DNA of 64,000 bases from Candidatus Levyibacteriota bacterium (GCA_038205015.1 JBBRCK010000001.1:51862-115861), one strand, 5' to 3'. Positions 46,784-57,351 are shown, counted from the first letter of the stretch. Made by a program: numbers and translations. Notes: generated by a model not told the origin, from the letters alone.

Positions 46784-47698
46784 ATGAGAGAAATCACATT
46801 AGAAGAACTTCTAGAAGCTGGGTGTCATTTTGGACATCAGATTACCAGGTCTAATCCTAAAGCCAGGGATTTTGTTTTTGAGGCAAGAGATAATATTCAA
46901 ATCATTGATTTGGCAAAAACAAAAGAAGGTTTAGACGAAGCAGCGAACTTTGTAAAAGCTCTAGGTCAAAGAGGGGGAAACTTATTGGTTGTTGGAACAA
47001 AAAGACAAGCAAGAGACTTAATAGAACAAGAAGTTAAGAGGGTAAGAGATTTACTCGAAAGCGATAATAAAGGCCAAGAGGTCAAGCTTTTATTCATTAC
47101 CGAAAGGTGGATAGGCGGAATACTTACTAACTTTCCGGAGGTCTCCAAAAACTTTAAAAAATTAAAGGATATTAAAGCAAGACTGGCAAGTACCGAAGAA
47201 AAAGCAAAGTATACAAAAAAAGAAATTGGTCTTTGGGAAAAAGAAAAACAAAGACTTGAGTCTTTTTATAAAGGTGTATTTGAAATGACAGGTAAACCTG
47301 ATGCTTTATTTATTATAGATTCTCATTTGGAGGATTTGGCAGTAAGAGAAGCAAACAGCGTTGGAGTAAAAACATTGGCAATTGTTGATACGAATTCAAA
47401 TCCTTATTTAATCGATCATCCAATTCCTGCAAACGACGACGCAGTTGGGTCGATTAAATTAATTGTTACTCATGTTTTGGATTCTTGGGTAGAGGGAATT
47501 AAATCTCAAAAGGAAGAAAAGAAAGAAGAAGCATCAACCCAAGCAAAACCGGAAGCTAAAAAAACAGAAGTAAAACCAGAAGTTAAAGTAGAAAAAAAAG
47601 TGAGTGAAACAAAGCTCCCGAAGGGTATAAAAGCACCGACAAAAGCAAAGGTAGTGAAAAAAGCCCCAAAAGTTAAAAAGACAAAAGCAGCAAAATAA
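46784..47698 (+). CDS. rpsB: 30S ribosomal protein S2 with Lys-rich C-terminal extension
   Basis: LEAGCHFGHQ, IDSHLEDLAVREANSVGV blocks. Confidence 0.9.
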   Translation: MREITLEELLEAGCHFGHQITRSNPKARDFVFEARDNIQIIDLAKTKEGLDEAANFVKALGQRGGNLLVVGTKRQARDLIEQEVKRVRDLLESDNKGQEVKLLFITERWIGGILTNFPEVSKNFKKLKDIKARLASTEEKAKYTKKEIGLWEKEKQRLESFYKGVFEMTGKPDALFIIDSHLEDLAVREANSVGVKTLAIVDTNSNPYLIDHPIPANDDAVGSIKLIVTHVLDSWVEGIKSQKEEKKEEASTQAKPEAKKTEVKPEVKVEKKVSETKLPKGIKAPTKAKVVKKAPKVKKTKAAK

Positions 47699-47699
47699 T

Positions 47700-48149
47700 A
47701 TGGTTGATATTAAACTACTTAAAAAATTAAGAGAAGAAACACAAGTCTCTTTAGCAGATTGCAGAAGGGCATTGGAAGAAACAAACGGAAACTACGAAAA
47801 ATCTCTGGAGTGGCTTAAAAAGCAGGGAATTGAAAAAGCAGAAAAAAAATCAGACAGAGAAACAGCACAGGGATTAATTGAAAGCTATATTCATCAAAAC
47901 GGAAAAGTCGGGGCATTAATTCAAATTGCCTGCGAAACGGATTTTGTGGCTAGAACAGAGGATTTTAAGCATTTGGCTCACGAAGTGGCCATGCAAGTTG
48001 CCGCAATGAAGCCTAAAAATATTGACACATTACTTAAACAAGAATATATTAGAGACAGTTCGCAGACAATAGAACAATTAATAAAATCATCAATTGCAAA
48101 GCTTGGAGAAAACATTGTCGTAAAAGAAATCACAAGATTTGAAATATAA
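47700..48149 (+). CDS. tsf: Elongation factor Ts (short form)
   Basis: UBA-like N-terminus (LREETQVSLADCRRALEETNGNYEKSLEWL) and a single core domain. Confidence 0.8.
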   Translation: MVDIKLLKKLREETQVSLADCRRALEETNGNYEKSLEWLKKQGIEKAEKKSDRETAQGLIESYIHQNGKVGALIQIACETDFVARTEDFKHLAHEVAMQVAAMKPKNIDTLLKQEYIRDSSQTIEQLIKSSIAKLGENIVVKEITRFEI

Positions 48150-48707
48150 ATGGAATTAACCGCATCTACTCATCAAAACATGCAAAAAGTGATGGATGTT
48201 TTAAAAAACGATCTATCAACCGTTAGGGCAGGAAAAGCAACGCCGTCTTTAGTTGAGCATATTGTTGTAAATGCCTATCAGGGCACGCAGAAGTTAAAAA
48301 TTATCGAACTTGCTCAGGTTCATACTTCCGATGCACAAACGATTATTATTACTCCTTTTGACAGTTCAATTATTGGTGAAATTCATAAGGCAATTATGGA
48401 AAGTAGTACCGGTTTTACGCCAATAATCGATGGACCATTAATCAGAATCTCAATTCCGCCGCTTTCTGAAGAAAGAAGGCAACAATTGGTTTCTTTAGTA
48501 AATCAAAAACTAGAGGGTGGAAAAGTTCAGGTAAGGCAAGTAAGACACGAGGCAATGAATGATACTAAAAAACAATTAAATGATAAATTAATTTCGGAAG
48601 ATGAAATGATTAGGCTTGAGAAAGAAATCCAGAGATTAACCGATGAAACAATTGGGCAAATCGATGCATTAGGAAAGCAAAAAGAACAAGAGCTAATGGC
48701 ACTTTAA
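48150..48707 (+). CDS. frr: Ribosome recycling factor
   Basis: 185 aa; RRF pattern across full length. Confidence 0.85.
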   Translation: MELTASTHQNMQKVMDVLKNDLSTVRAGKATPSLVEHIVVNAYQGTQKLKIIELAQVHTSDAQTIIITPFDSSIIGEIHKAIMESSTGFTPIIDGPLIRISIPPLSEERRQQLVSLVNQKLEGGKVQVRQVRHEAMNDTKKQLNDKLISEDEMIRLEKEIQRLTDETIGQIDALGKQKEQELMAL

Positions 48708-48765
48708 TCTCCATATTTAGCATCTAGTATTTAGTATCTGGTTTTTAGTATACTTTCTAAGAAAC

Positions 48766-49878
48766 ATGTTGTTAACGGTAGTTGTATTTATATTAATTCT
48801 TTCAATATTGGTTTTAGTTCATGAAGCTGGACATTTTTTTGTCGCCAAGTTTTTTAAAATTAAAGTTGAAGAATTTGGTTTTGGACTTCCACCCCGGGTA
48901 TTTGGAAAGAAATTTGGAGAAACACTTTATTCTTTAAACTGGCTTCCAATTGGTGGGTTTGTAAAGTTATATGGCGAAGACGAAGCAGGATCAGGGAGTG
49001 TTTCTTTAAAACCTCAAAAATTATCAACCAAAGATATTCATAGAGCCTATTTTTCAAGGCCAAAATGGCAAAAAGCATTAGTTATTGTTGCAGGAGTTGT
49101 AATGAATTTTGTCTTGGCAGTAGTAATTATTTCATTTTTATTTTCTGTCGTTGGAGTATCTGAGCCAACAAATAAAGTTTTTGTTGCTCAAATTGTAAAA
49201 GGTGCTCCGGCAGATAAAGCCGGCCTTCGGGTTGGGGATTTAATTGAAGAGGTTGGCGGAAAGCAAATTAAAACAACGCAAGAAGTTCTTCTTAGTGCCA
49301 GAAATAATCTTGGAAAAGACGTCAGTATAAAAGTCAAAACAAAACAGGGGACAGAAGAAGTTTTAAAATTAGCGCCACGTAAAATTTATCCTGCAAACCA
49401 AGGTCCGATGGGAATTGCAATCGAGCAAGAGTTAACCATTAAAAAATATCCTTGGTATCAGGCGCCATTTGTCGGAACAAAAGAAGCGCTTAAAGAAACT
49501 TGGATGATAGCTTCAGGTTTAGGCACACTTTTGGGCCAGTTAGTAACAAAAGGAGTAGTGCCTTCTGACGTTGCGGGTCCGGTTGGAATTGCGCAGTTAA
49601 CAGGCAGAGTGGTTGATATTGGACCTTTTGCAGTACTTTCATTTATCTCGCTTTTATCGCTTAATTTAGCTCTAGTCAATATTTTGCCAATACCGGCCTT
49701 AGATGGAGGAAGACTTTTATTTATCGCAATAGAGGCCATAACCAGAAAAAAAGTAAATCCTGCAATTGAAGGATACGCCCATACCATTGGTATGATTGTG
49801 CTTTTGGGTTTAATTGCGTTAATAACGCTACATGATCTAATTAGAATTTTTACAGGTCAGCCGATTATTCCTAAGTAG
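48766..49878 (+). CDS. rseP: RIP zinc metalloprotease RseP (M50 with PDZ domain)
   Basis: HEAGHFFVAKFF HExxH in TM1, central PDZ, C-terminal LDGG motif. Confidence 0.8.
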   Translation: MLLTVVVFILILSILVLVHEAGHFFVAKFFKIKVEEFGFGLPPRVFGKKFGETLYSLNWLPIGGFVKLYGEDEAGSGSVSLKPQKLSTKDIHRAYFSRPKWQKALVIVAGVVMNFVLAVVIISFLFSVVGVSEPTNKVFVAQIVKGAPADKAGLRVGDLIEEVGGKQIKTTQEVLLSARNNLGKDVSIKVKTKQGTEEVLKLAPRKIYPANQGPMGIAIEQELTIKKYPWYQAPFVGTKEALKETWMIASGLGTLLGQLVTKGVVPSDVAGPVGIAQLTGRVVDIGPFAVLSFISLLSLNLALVNILPIPALDGGRLLFIAIEAITRKKVNPAIEGYAHTIGMIVLLGLIALITLHDLIRIFTGQPIIPK

Positions 49879-51159
49879 TTATTTTATAAGCTTGTTTAGT
49901 GCCACCAAATAAGAAGCTTCTTTAAGATTAGTTTTGTTTTTAACTGATGTATCCCAAACATTGCTAAACGCATCTTGCATCATTTTTTCCAATCTTTTTA
50001 AAACATCCTCTTTTTTATAAACTTTGTTTTTCATATTTTGCTCCCACTCAATAAAGCTTCCGGCCACTCCGCCCGAATTTGCCAAAATATCAGGAACAAT
50101 TATTACGCCTTTTTCAGTTAGATGATGTTGTGCCTTTGGCGTTACCGGTCCGTTTGCCATTTCGATAATTATTTTTGCTTTAATATTTTGCATGTTGTTG
50201 TCATTGATTACATCTTCCAAAGCTGCAGGAATTAAAATATCAACAGGGAGGGTGAGTAGCTCGTCATTAGTTATTAATTGGCCGCCCCTGGTATCACAAA
50301 CTCCTCCGGCGCAATAACAGCCGTTTAAACTTCCTTTTTCGTTTTTGCATTCGTAAACTAGGGGAATATCAAGAGCAATAAAGTTTCCTTTAGAATCTCT
50401 TTTAATAATTCCGCCTTTAGAATCGGAGACCGCGACCACTTTAAATCCTTCTTTAGAAGCTAAGTCGGCGAAAAAATACCCAACATTTCCAAAACCCATT
50501 ATGGCAATGGTTGTCTCCTGAGGTTTTAATTTCATTTTTTTGGCAAGTTCTTTTAAGACAACCACACCGCCAAAGCCGGTTGCTTCAGTTCGCCCTGCCA
50601 AGCCGTTTTTTGCTTTTCCGGTAAAAGTTGCATAAAGCTTGTTTTCGGGAACTGAAGTTTTATTCTCTTTTGCAATCTTTATATACTCGTCAACCATCCA
50701 ATCGATTATTTTAGGATTAGTATTTACGTCAGGAGCGGGGACATCTTTGTCAAAACCAATAATGTCATAAACCCTTCTGGCGTACTCTCTGGAAAGAGCT
50801 TCCAGTTGTTCTTCAGTTAAGGCTTTTGGGTCAACTGCTACTCCACCTTTTCCTCCTCCAAGAGGAACTCCGACAACTGCGGTTTTTAAGCTCATCCATA
50901 AAGAAAGCGCCATTACTTCGTCTTTATTTACTCTTGGATGAAACCTAAGCCCTCCTTTATATGGTCCGAGCGTATTACTATGTTGGCTTCTGTAGCCTTT
51001 AAAAGTAACAATTTCTTCTCCAATTTTTACGGGAATTTTTAATTCAACTACACGATCGGGTTCTAAGAATTCTTCGACTTTGTCTTGAGGAAGATTATAT
51101 TTCTTGGCAATCTTTAAAATTTCTTCGCGGGATTTTTGATAAACAGAATTATTTTCCAT
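49879..51159 (-). CDS. gdhA: Glutamate dehydrogenase (Glu/Leu/Phe/Val dehydrogenase family)
   Basis: catalytic Lys box GGGKGG, Rossmann GFGNVG. Confidence 0.85.
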   Translation of the reverse strand: MENNSVYQKSREEILKIAKKYNLPQDKVEEFLEPDRVVELKIPVKIGEEIVTFKGYRSQHSNTLGPYKGGLRFHPRVNKDEVMALSLWMSLKTAVVGVPLGGGKGGVAVDPKALTEEQLEALSREYARRVYDIIGFDKDVPAPDVNTNPKIIDWMVDEYIKIAKENKTSVPENKLYATFTGKAKNGLAGRTEATGFGGVVVLKELAKKMKLKPQETTIAIMGFGNVGYFFADLASKEGFKVVAVSDSKGGIIKRDSKGNFIALDIPLVYECKNEKGSLNGCYCAGGVCDTRGGQLITNDELLTLPVDILIPAALEDVINDNNMQNIKAKIIIEMANGPVTPKAQHHLTEKGVIIVPDILANSGGVAGSFIEWEQNMKNKVYKKEDVLKRLEKMMQDAFSNVWDTSVKNKTNLKEASYLVALNKLIK

Positions 51160-51210
51160 AATAGAAATAAAGTATACAACGTCGTTTTTAAAAATGCTAT
51201 ACTTATTTTT

Positions 51211-51537
51211 ATGGATTCGATAACGTTTGAAGATTTTAAAAAAATAGAAGTAAGAATTGGCAAGATTATTGCTTGTGAAAAAGTCGCAGACGCCGATAAG
51301 CTTTTAAAGCTGCAAGTTGATTTTGGAGATTTTCAGCGTCAAATTGTTTCAGGAATCGCAGAGTTTTATCAACCCTCTGAGTTAGAAGGAAAAAACCTTC
51401 CATTCATTGTTAATTTAGAGCCAAGAAAATTCAAAGGGGAAGAGAGCCAGGGAATGTTAATGGCTATGGATACCGAAGATAAACCTGTTTTACTGATCCC
51501 CGCAGAAGATGTTCCCATTGGAACATTAGTGGTTTAA
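51211..51537 (+). CDS. tRNA-binding domain protein (CsaA/Myf-like)
   Basis: DFKKIEVRIGKI...VADADKLLKLQVDFGD...VNLEPRKFKG; internal ATG chosen because the long ORF overlaps gdhA. Confidence 0.6.
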   Translation: MDSITFEDFKKIEVRIGKIIACEKVADADKLLKLQVDFGDFQRQIVSGIAEFYQPSELEGKNLPFIVNLEPRKFKGEESQGMLMAMDTEDKPVLLIPAEDVPIGTLVV

Positions 51538-52214
51538 TTTATTATAAATTCCAAAACGCTTTTCTCTCCCAAATTATGCACCATCAAATCAGGTTTTTCA
51601 TCCGTTAATTCTTCGAACGGATAAATTCCTGTTGAAACAGCAATAACCTGAATTTCTGCATTTCTTGCGCATGCAATGTCTCTTGGAGTGTCGCCGATAA
51701 TTATAAAATTATCAGTTTTAAAATGACTATTAAAAATCTTATTTGCTTTGTTTTTTGCTATTTCTACTAAATCTACTCTTTTAAAAGCCTCGTTACCAAA
51801 CGCGCCAAAATTAAAAAAGCTTATTAATCCAGCGTTTTCTATTTTTGCCCAAGCAATGTTTTCCATATTTCCTGATAAAATTCCCAATGGCACTTTTTTC
51901 AATTTAAGTTTTTCAAGTAAATCTTTAACACCAGGAAGGGGAATAAAGGAATCTTTTTTTATATTTCTCACTACATAATCTGACATACAGGTTGCAGCAT
52001 CTTTTAATTTTTCTTTTACTTTCTTTTCGGAAAAACCACGTAATTTTAATACGTCGATTATAATTTGATTATCAAGCATTCCCTCCGGTTTTATTTCTCT
52101 TTGATTCGCATCGACGCCATAAATATTTTTAAACATATAAGAAAATGCATCGAAATGAACAGGATTAGCAGTTTTAAATAATGTTCCGTCGATATCAAAT
52201 AAGGGAATTCTCAT
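51534..52214 (-). CDS. HAD-superfamily hydrolase
   Basis: motif I FDIDGTL, motif III/IV GDTPRD. Confidence 0.7.
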   Translation of the reverse strand: MRIPLFDIDGTLFKTANPVHFDAFSYMFKNIYGVDANQREIKPEGMLDNQIIIDVLKLRGFSEKKVKEKLKDAATCMSDYVVRNIKKDSFIPLPGVKDLLEKLKLKKVPLGILSGNMENIAWAKIENAGLISFFNFGAFGNEAFKRVDLVEIAKNKANKIFNSHFKTDNFIIIGDTPRDIACARNAEIQVIAVSTGIYPFEELTDEKPDLMVHNLGEKSVLEFIIN

Positions 52215-52876
52215 TTTATAAAATAGGTTCTTTTGGTATAAAGATTAGGTTGATTAAAAACCTCAATAATTTTTTCTTTACTTTTTTCAAAAGGCTTGGC
52301 TGTAAAACAATCGCAATAAACATTAAAAAGTGCCTCTATATATAATTCTTCGGCTCTAGCTTTTATATCATCTACTATTTCTTTGATGGAAAGATTCAAT
52401 TTGGGTTCAAAATAATCTGCGCCAAATGTTCCATGAAGTCTAACGGTTTCTGAGATTTTTTCAATTTCTTTTTCGGAAAGACCAGTATCTTTTACAAATT
52501 TATCAACTATTGTTGAGCCCCAATATTCGTGTCCTGGATTACTAACAATTCCTTCAGAATTTTCATGTCGTAAATTAAATTCTTTAAAACCATCTTTATA
52601 AGATAATATTTTCCCCACATCGTGTAAAAGTGCGGTTAAAAGCATAATTTCACCGTTGGTTAAATTATCAAATGGGTTATTAGCAAATTCCAGAAATAAT
52701 TTTTTGGCTACTTGGTTTTGAATAAAATTTCCTCTAATTTGTAGCTTGGCGATTTCAAATGTCTTGATAAGATGGTCATAGGTTTTTTCATGATTATGGT
52801 AAGAATTATTTTCTATAACTAATTGAAGTTTTAAAAAGAGGGGATTTTGTAAAATTTTTTCAACGATTTCGTTCAT
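52211..52876 (-). CDS. HD-domain phosphohydrolase
   Basis: H...HD motif (LLTALLHDVGK). Confidence 0.6.
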   Translation of the reverse strand: MNEIVEKILQNPLFLKLQLVIENNSYHNHEKTYDHLIKTFEIAKLQIRGNFIQNQVAKKLFLEFANNPFDNLTNGEIMLLTALLHDVGKILSYKDGFKEFNLRHENSEGIVSNPGHEYWGSTIVDKFVKDTGLSEKEIEKISETVRLHGTFGADYFEPKLNLSIKEIVDDIKARAEELYIEALFNVYCDCFTAKPFEKSKEKIIEVFNQPNLYTKRTYFIK

Positions 52877-52879
52877 TTA

Positions 52880-53230
52880 TTATTTTCTCTTTAATGGTTC
52901 ACTAAAAATAATATCATATGTTTCGATTCCTTTCATAAGAGCTAAAGATTTTTCAACAAATACTTCTTTTTCTTCTGGAATTGCGTTAAATGCTGCTACA
53001 AATTCTTCTGCCTCAATTGTTTTAAAAACTCCACCAATTTCATAATCTCCTTTTACATAGCAGTGTATCTCAATAGGATTTGATGATGCGATTTGGTTAT
53101 TCAAAACGGTTCTTAAGGTATCTACTCCAAAGGCTCCCGGATCGTAAGACACGGCAATTGGATAATCCCATTCATCTACTTGTAGTACTTCTGCTTCTCT
53201 AATATTTGGCATAGGCTTGAAAGTATACAA
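52880..53230 (-). CDS. Hypothetical protein
   Basis: 116-aa ORF. Confidence 0.4.
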   Translation of the reverse strand: MYTFKPMPNIREAEVLQVDEWDYPIAVSYDPGAFGVDTLRTVLNNQIASSNPIEIHCYVKGDYEIGGVFKTIEAEEFVAAFNAIPEEKEVFVEKSLALMKGIETYDIIFSEPLKRK

Positions 53231-53261
53231 CAGCTTTTAAAAAAATGATATACTTTAGGAA

Positions 53262-54503
53262 ATGAGATACTCACAGAGTTTTCCAAAAACTCAAAAACAA
53301 TCACCAACCGGTGCGGAATCAATAAATCATAAGCTTCTGGTTAGAGCTGGATTTATTGATCAATTAATGGCCGGTTCCTGGACGCTCTTGCCAATGGGTC
53401 TTCGGGTCGTATCAAAAATTAACGATATTATAAGAGAAGAGTTAAATAAAACCGGAGCGCAGGAAATCTTAATGCCGCTTTTACATCCTAAAGAAATCTG
53501 GAATGAAACCGGTCGCTGGGATAGCGCCAAAGACATCATGTATCAATTAAAAAAAGATGATAAAGATTTTGGGCTTTCTTTTACACATGAGGAAATAGTG
53601 GTTGACTTAATCAGAAAGCATCAACTTTCTCCCAAAGATTTTCCGATTAAGGTTTATCATTTTTCAACCAAATTCAGGCATGAGTTAAGAGCAAAATCCG
53701 GAATCCTTCGGGGTAGGGAATTTATGATGAAAGATTTATATAGTGCCCATTTAACAGAAGAGGATATGTATGATTATTACAAGAAAGTGATCGATGCCTA
53801 CCTTTTAATTTTTAAAAGACTTAGTTTAGATGTAAAAGTTGTTGAAGCCTCGGGTGGAGTTTTTACCGATAAGCATTCTCATGAATTCCAAGTTTTATCT
53901 CCGATTGGAGAAGACACAATTTTTTATTGTGAATGCGGAAAATGCGATTTTGCCCAAAACGAAGAAATTTTTAAAGGAAAAGTTGGAGATAAATGTGCTG
54001 ATTGTGACTGTAAAATAATTTCCGGAAAGGCAATAGAAGTTGGAAATATTTTTCCCCTCGGAACAATGTATGCGGAAAAAATGGGCGCGTTTTATACTGA
54101 TTCAACCGGCGCGAAGCGACCGTTATGGCTGGCAAGTTATGGAATTGGACCGACAAGAATTTTAGGTACTTTGGTTGAAATGTTTCATGACGATAAAGGA
54201 ATTGTTTGGCCGGAAAACACTGCTCCTTTTAAAGTTGATTTAATTTCTTTACATTCGGAAAATGAGGAAGTTACAAAATTTGCAGATAAAGTTTATGAAG
54301 AGTTGCAAAAAGCGGGAATAGAAGTTTTATATGATGATAGACAGGCTGCGGCAGGAGAAAAATTCGGCGATTCGGATTTAATCGGTTTGCCGGTAAGATT
54401 AGTCGTAAGCAATAAAACAGGCGATAAAGTTGAATTTAAAAAAAGAACAAAAGAAGAAACAGAACTCCTAAGTTTGGAAGAAGTTTTAGAAAAATTAAAA
54501 TAA
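53262..54503 (+). CDS. proS: Proline--tRNA ligase, bacterial type lacking the INS editing domain
   Basis: N-terminal 170 aa align with bacterial ProRS motif 1-2 region (HKLLVRAGFIDQ...WTLLPMG...LMPLLHPKEIWNETGRW); only 413 aa. Confidence 0.8.
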   Translation: MRYSQSFPKTQKQSPTGAESINHKLLVRAGFIDQLMAGSWTLLPMGLRVVSKINDIIREELNKTGAQEILMPLLHPKEIWNETGRWDSAKDIMYQLKKDDKDFGLSFTHEEIVVDLIRKHQLSPKDFPIKVYHFSTKFRHELRAKSGILRGREFMMKDLYSAHLTEEDMYDYYKKVIDAYLLIFKRLSLDVKVVEASGGVFTDKHSHEFQVLSPIGEDTIFYCECGKCDFAQNEEIFKGKVGDKCADCDCKIISGKAIEVGNIFPLGTMYAEKMGAFYTDSTGAKRPLWLASYGIGPTRILGTLVEMFHDDKGIVWPENTAPFKVDLISLHSENEEVTKFADKVYEELQKAGIEVLYDDRQAAAGEKFGDSDLIGLPVRLVVSNKTGDKVEFKKRTKEETELLSLEEVLEKLK

Positions 54504-55085
54504 TCCAAAAACTTTTGCCCAGACGATTATATAAATCACAAAAAATACTATAGTTAAAACCATTAATATTATTGGAAGCAATTTTCCTTTTTTCTTTTCC
54601 TTCGCTTTAGTATTTATTACTTGATTAACTCCCATAACCTCTTCGGGTGAAGGATTAGGGTTTACCATCGTATTATTTGGTTGATTTAAAAAAGGGGATT
54701 TTGTAACATCGTCTGAAAAATCATTCATATTAAGATTTTGCATAAGAGGTTGAGATTCAACCTGTTGAGTTTCCATAATTGGAGGAAGTGGTGGTAATTG
54801 CTCAATTGTTGGTTTTTGAGGCAGTGGTGCTTCGTGTGAAAATTGAAGTTCTACTGTTGGTTGGGTATTTGCTGTAACGTTTTGAGGCAGGGGAGGATTA
54901 TTTGGTTGTAATGGTTTTTCAGCACCAGGCTCGATGGGTTTTGGCGCTTCTTGGGCTGGCAAGGGTTGAGTTGATGTAGTAGTCGGAGCAGGTTGCCCGG
55001 TCAGAGTTGGTACAGAAGTTCCCATAATTCGCTCATAGGTTTCTCGAAGTTTTGGGTCTAAATTTGATAATTGCTTTGGATCCAT
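54495..55085 (-). CDS. Hypothetical Pro/Gln-rich protein with C-terminal TM anchor
   Basis: 196-aa ORF. Confidence 0.4.
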   Translation of the reverse strand: MDPKQLSNLDPKLRETYERIMGTSVPTLTGQPAPTTTSTQPLPAQEAPKPIEPGAEKPLQPNNPPLPQNVTANTQPTVELQFSHEAPLPQKPTIEQLPPLPPIMETQQVESQPLMQNLNMNDFSDDVTKSPFLNQPNNTMVNPNPSPEEVMGVNQVINTKAKEKKKGKLLPIILMVLTIVFFVIYIIVWAKVFGLF

Positions 55086-55141
55086 AATTTATTATATTAA
55101 TCGTCCTTTATTTTAGATTCTTTGTCAAGAAATAAGTTTAC

Positions 55142-56017
55142 TTATTCTGCGGAATTTACCAATGTATTTACAAAATCTTTAAAAGGCATTTCAGCCTCTT
55201 TTGGTAAAAGGCTATTTTCGGTTAAGCCCGGGATTGTATTTAATTCTAGAACATAAATTTGTTTGTTCTTAACAAAAAAATCAATTCTGGAATATGAACC
55301 AATATCGAAATGCTGGTGAATCTTTAATGCAATTTTTTGAATTTTTTTTCTTGTTTTCTCATCCAGAGATGGGGCATTGAGAATCTCTTTTGTAACGCCT
55401 GAGTACTTATTTTTATAGTTAAACCATTCTCCTTTTGGTGCAATAATTTCCAAAACCGACAAGGCCTTGTTGTTTAAAATTCCCACAGTTGCTTCGACCC
55501 CCTCTATATATTCCTCAACGAATAAGTCTTTATGAGAAAAAATAATCATTTTTTGTTTTTTCAAATCTTTCTTAGTTGTTAGAATATATACCTCTCTTGA
55601 AGATCCACCCGATGAAGTTTTAACCACACAGGGAAAGCCAAATTTAATTATATCTTCTGGTTTTTTAATTAATCTCCATTTTGGCGTTAAAATATTATTT
55701 TTACCACAATATTTTTTAAATGAAATTTTATACCAGGCCTTTTTCATACCTTTATAATTTTTTGTTCCCACAACGAGTTTATTTAATTTAGATAAATACT
55801 GATGAAGTTTTCCGCCTTCTCCTTCTTCTCCATGTAATACAGGAAAAAGAACCTCGAAATTTTTAGAGAACTTCTTAATAGATTCATAACCGTTTTTAAG
55901 ATCATATAGTTTTATTTTATGATTGTTTTCTTCTAATGCCTTTTTGACATTTTTTGCTGACAAAAAGGAAATTTTGCGTTCCGAAGAATTTCCGCCGGTT
56001 ATGATTAATATTTTCAT
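55142..56017 (-). CDS. ddl: D-alanine--D-alanine ligase
   Basis: ATP-grasp; N-terminal GGNSSERKISFLSAKNV, FPVLHGEEGEGG. Confidence 0.75.
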   Translation of the reverse strand: MKILIITGGNSSERKISFLSAKNVKKALEENNHKIKLYDLKNGYESIKKFSKNFEVLFPVLHGEEGEGGKLHQYLSKLNKLVVGTKNYKGMKKAWYKISFKKYCGKNNILTPKWRLIKKPEDIIKFGFPCVVKTSSGGSSREVYILTTKKDLKKQKMIIFSHKDLFVEEYIEGVEATVGILNNKALSVLEIIAPKGEWFNYKNKYSGVTKEILNAPSLDEKTRKKIQKIALKIHQHFDIGSYSRIDFFVKNKQIYVLELNTIPGLTENSLLPKEAEMPFKDFVNTLVNSAE

Positions 56018-56101
56018 GAGGTTTAAAGACTATATCAGAATTCACGATTTTGTCAAAAAAAAGCTTCCATTTCGTAAGCAAAAAAGGTATACTTAAAGAC
56101 C

Positions 56102-57004
56102 ATGAAATTCATTGTTACACACACAGCGCCGGACATGGATGCAATTACATCCGTTTGGCTTTTAAGAAAATTTTTAGGAGGCTGGGATAAGGCTGATGTT
56201 AAATTTGTTCCCGCAGGAGATAGGCTTTTGCCTCTACCAAAAGGACAAAGTTTTGACTACGCAATAGAGAAAAGAGGAGAAGATGAATATATTCACGTTG
56301 ATACCGGTATGGGGCCTTTGGATCACCATCAAACATCAGACATAAATGTTTGCGGAGCATCACTTTCTTTTGATTTTGTTAAAAAGGGCCTGGTAGATGT
56401 TGAACCTTCAATAAATCCGGAAAAACTTGAAGCATTAGATAGAATGGTTAAATATGTTGTTGCGGTAGATCATTTTCAGGAGATTTTTAGACCAGAAGCC
56501 TTGGCTGATTATCAAGATTTTTCAATAGTAAATATTTTAGATGGACTTAAATTCGAAAGGCCGGGACAAGACATATATTTTGTTGATTTTATTTCAAGTT
56601 GCCTTGATGCACTACTTCTTGATTTTGAAAATAAAGTTTGGTCAGAACGTGAGATTGAAAAAAATTCTGTAAAATTTGAAACAAAGTGGGGAAGGGGCTT
56701 GGGACTGGAAAGTATTAATGATTCGGTAATTAAAATGGCTCAATTAATGGGTTATGTTGTAGTAGTAAGAAGAGATCCTCGAAAAGGGTACGTCAGAATT
56801 AAAGCAAGACCAAACGATGTTGGAAGTACCAAGGGAATAGATTTGACTTTAGCTTATGAAAAATTAAGCAAAATGGATCCACAGGCAACCTGGTTTTTGC
56901 ACGTTTCCAAAAAAATGCTTTTAAACGGAACTCCCAAAAATCCAAAAATGAAACCGACAAAGCTTTCTTTGAATGATATAATAGGGGTGTTAAAAACAAT
57001 ATGA
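56102..57004 (+). CDS. DHH-family phosphoesterase (NrnA-like)
   Basis: HTAPDMDAITS motif I and GPLDHHQTS DHH motif. Confidence 0.55.
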   Translation: MKFIVTHTAPDMDAITSVWLLRKFLGGWDKADVKFVPAGDRLLPLPKGQSFDYAIEKRGEDEYIHVDTGMGPLDHHQTSDINVCGASLSFDFVKKGLVDVEPSINPEKLEALDRMVKYVVAVDHFQEIFRPEALADYQDFSIVNILDGLKFERPGQDIYFVDFISSCLDALLLDFENKVWSEREIEKNSVKFETKWGRGLGLESINDSVIKMAQLMGYVVVVRRDPRKGYVRIKARPNDVGSTKGIDLTLAYEKLSKMDPQATWFLHVSKKMLLNGTPKNPKMKPTKLSLNDIIGVLKTI

Positions 57005-57336
57005 AGAATTGTGTTTTTTGTAAAATTGCTAGCCACGAATTGCCAAAAGAATTTGAGTATGAAGATGATGATGTAATGGTTTTTCCCGATTTAAATCCGG
57101 CTAGAGCAGTGCACTTTTTAATAGTTCCCAAAAAACACCTTAAAGATTTTTCCGAACTTACAGATTCAAAATTAATGATTAAGGTGTTTAATAAGCTTCA
57201 GGATATTGTTAAAGTAAAGGGTTTGGATAAAAACGGATTTAAGGTTTTCCTAAATGGAGGAGGAGCACAAATTATTGACCATTTACATATTCAACTAACG
57301 GGTCCATGGAAAAAAGATGAAAAGTTTGGATTATAA
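57001..57336 (+). CDS. HIT-family protein
   Basis: CVFCKI N-terminus and histidine triad DHLHIQL. Confidence 0.8.
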   Translation: MKNCVFCKIASHELPKEFEYEDDDVMVFPDLNPARAVHFLIVPKKHLKDFSELTDSKLMIKVFNKLQDIVKVKGLDKNGFKVFLNGGGAQIIDHLHIQLTGPWKKDEKFGL

Positions 57337-57351
57337 AGGAGGTGTTTTATT

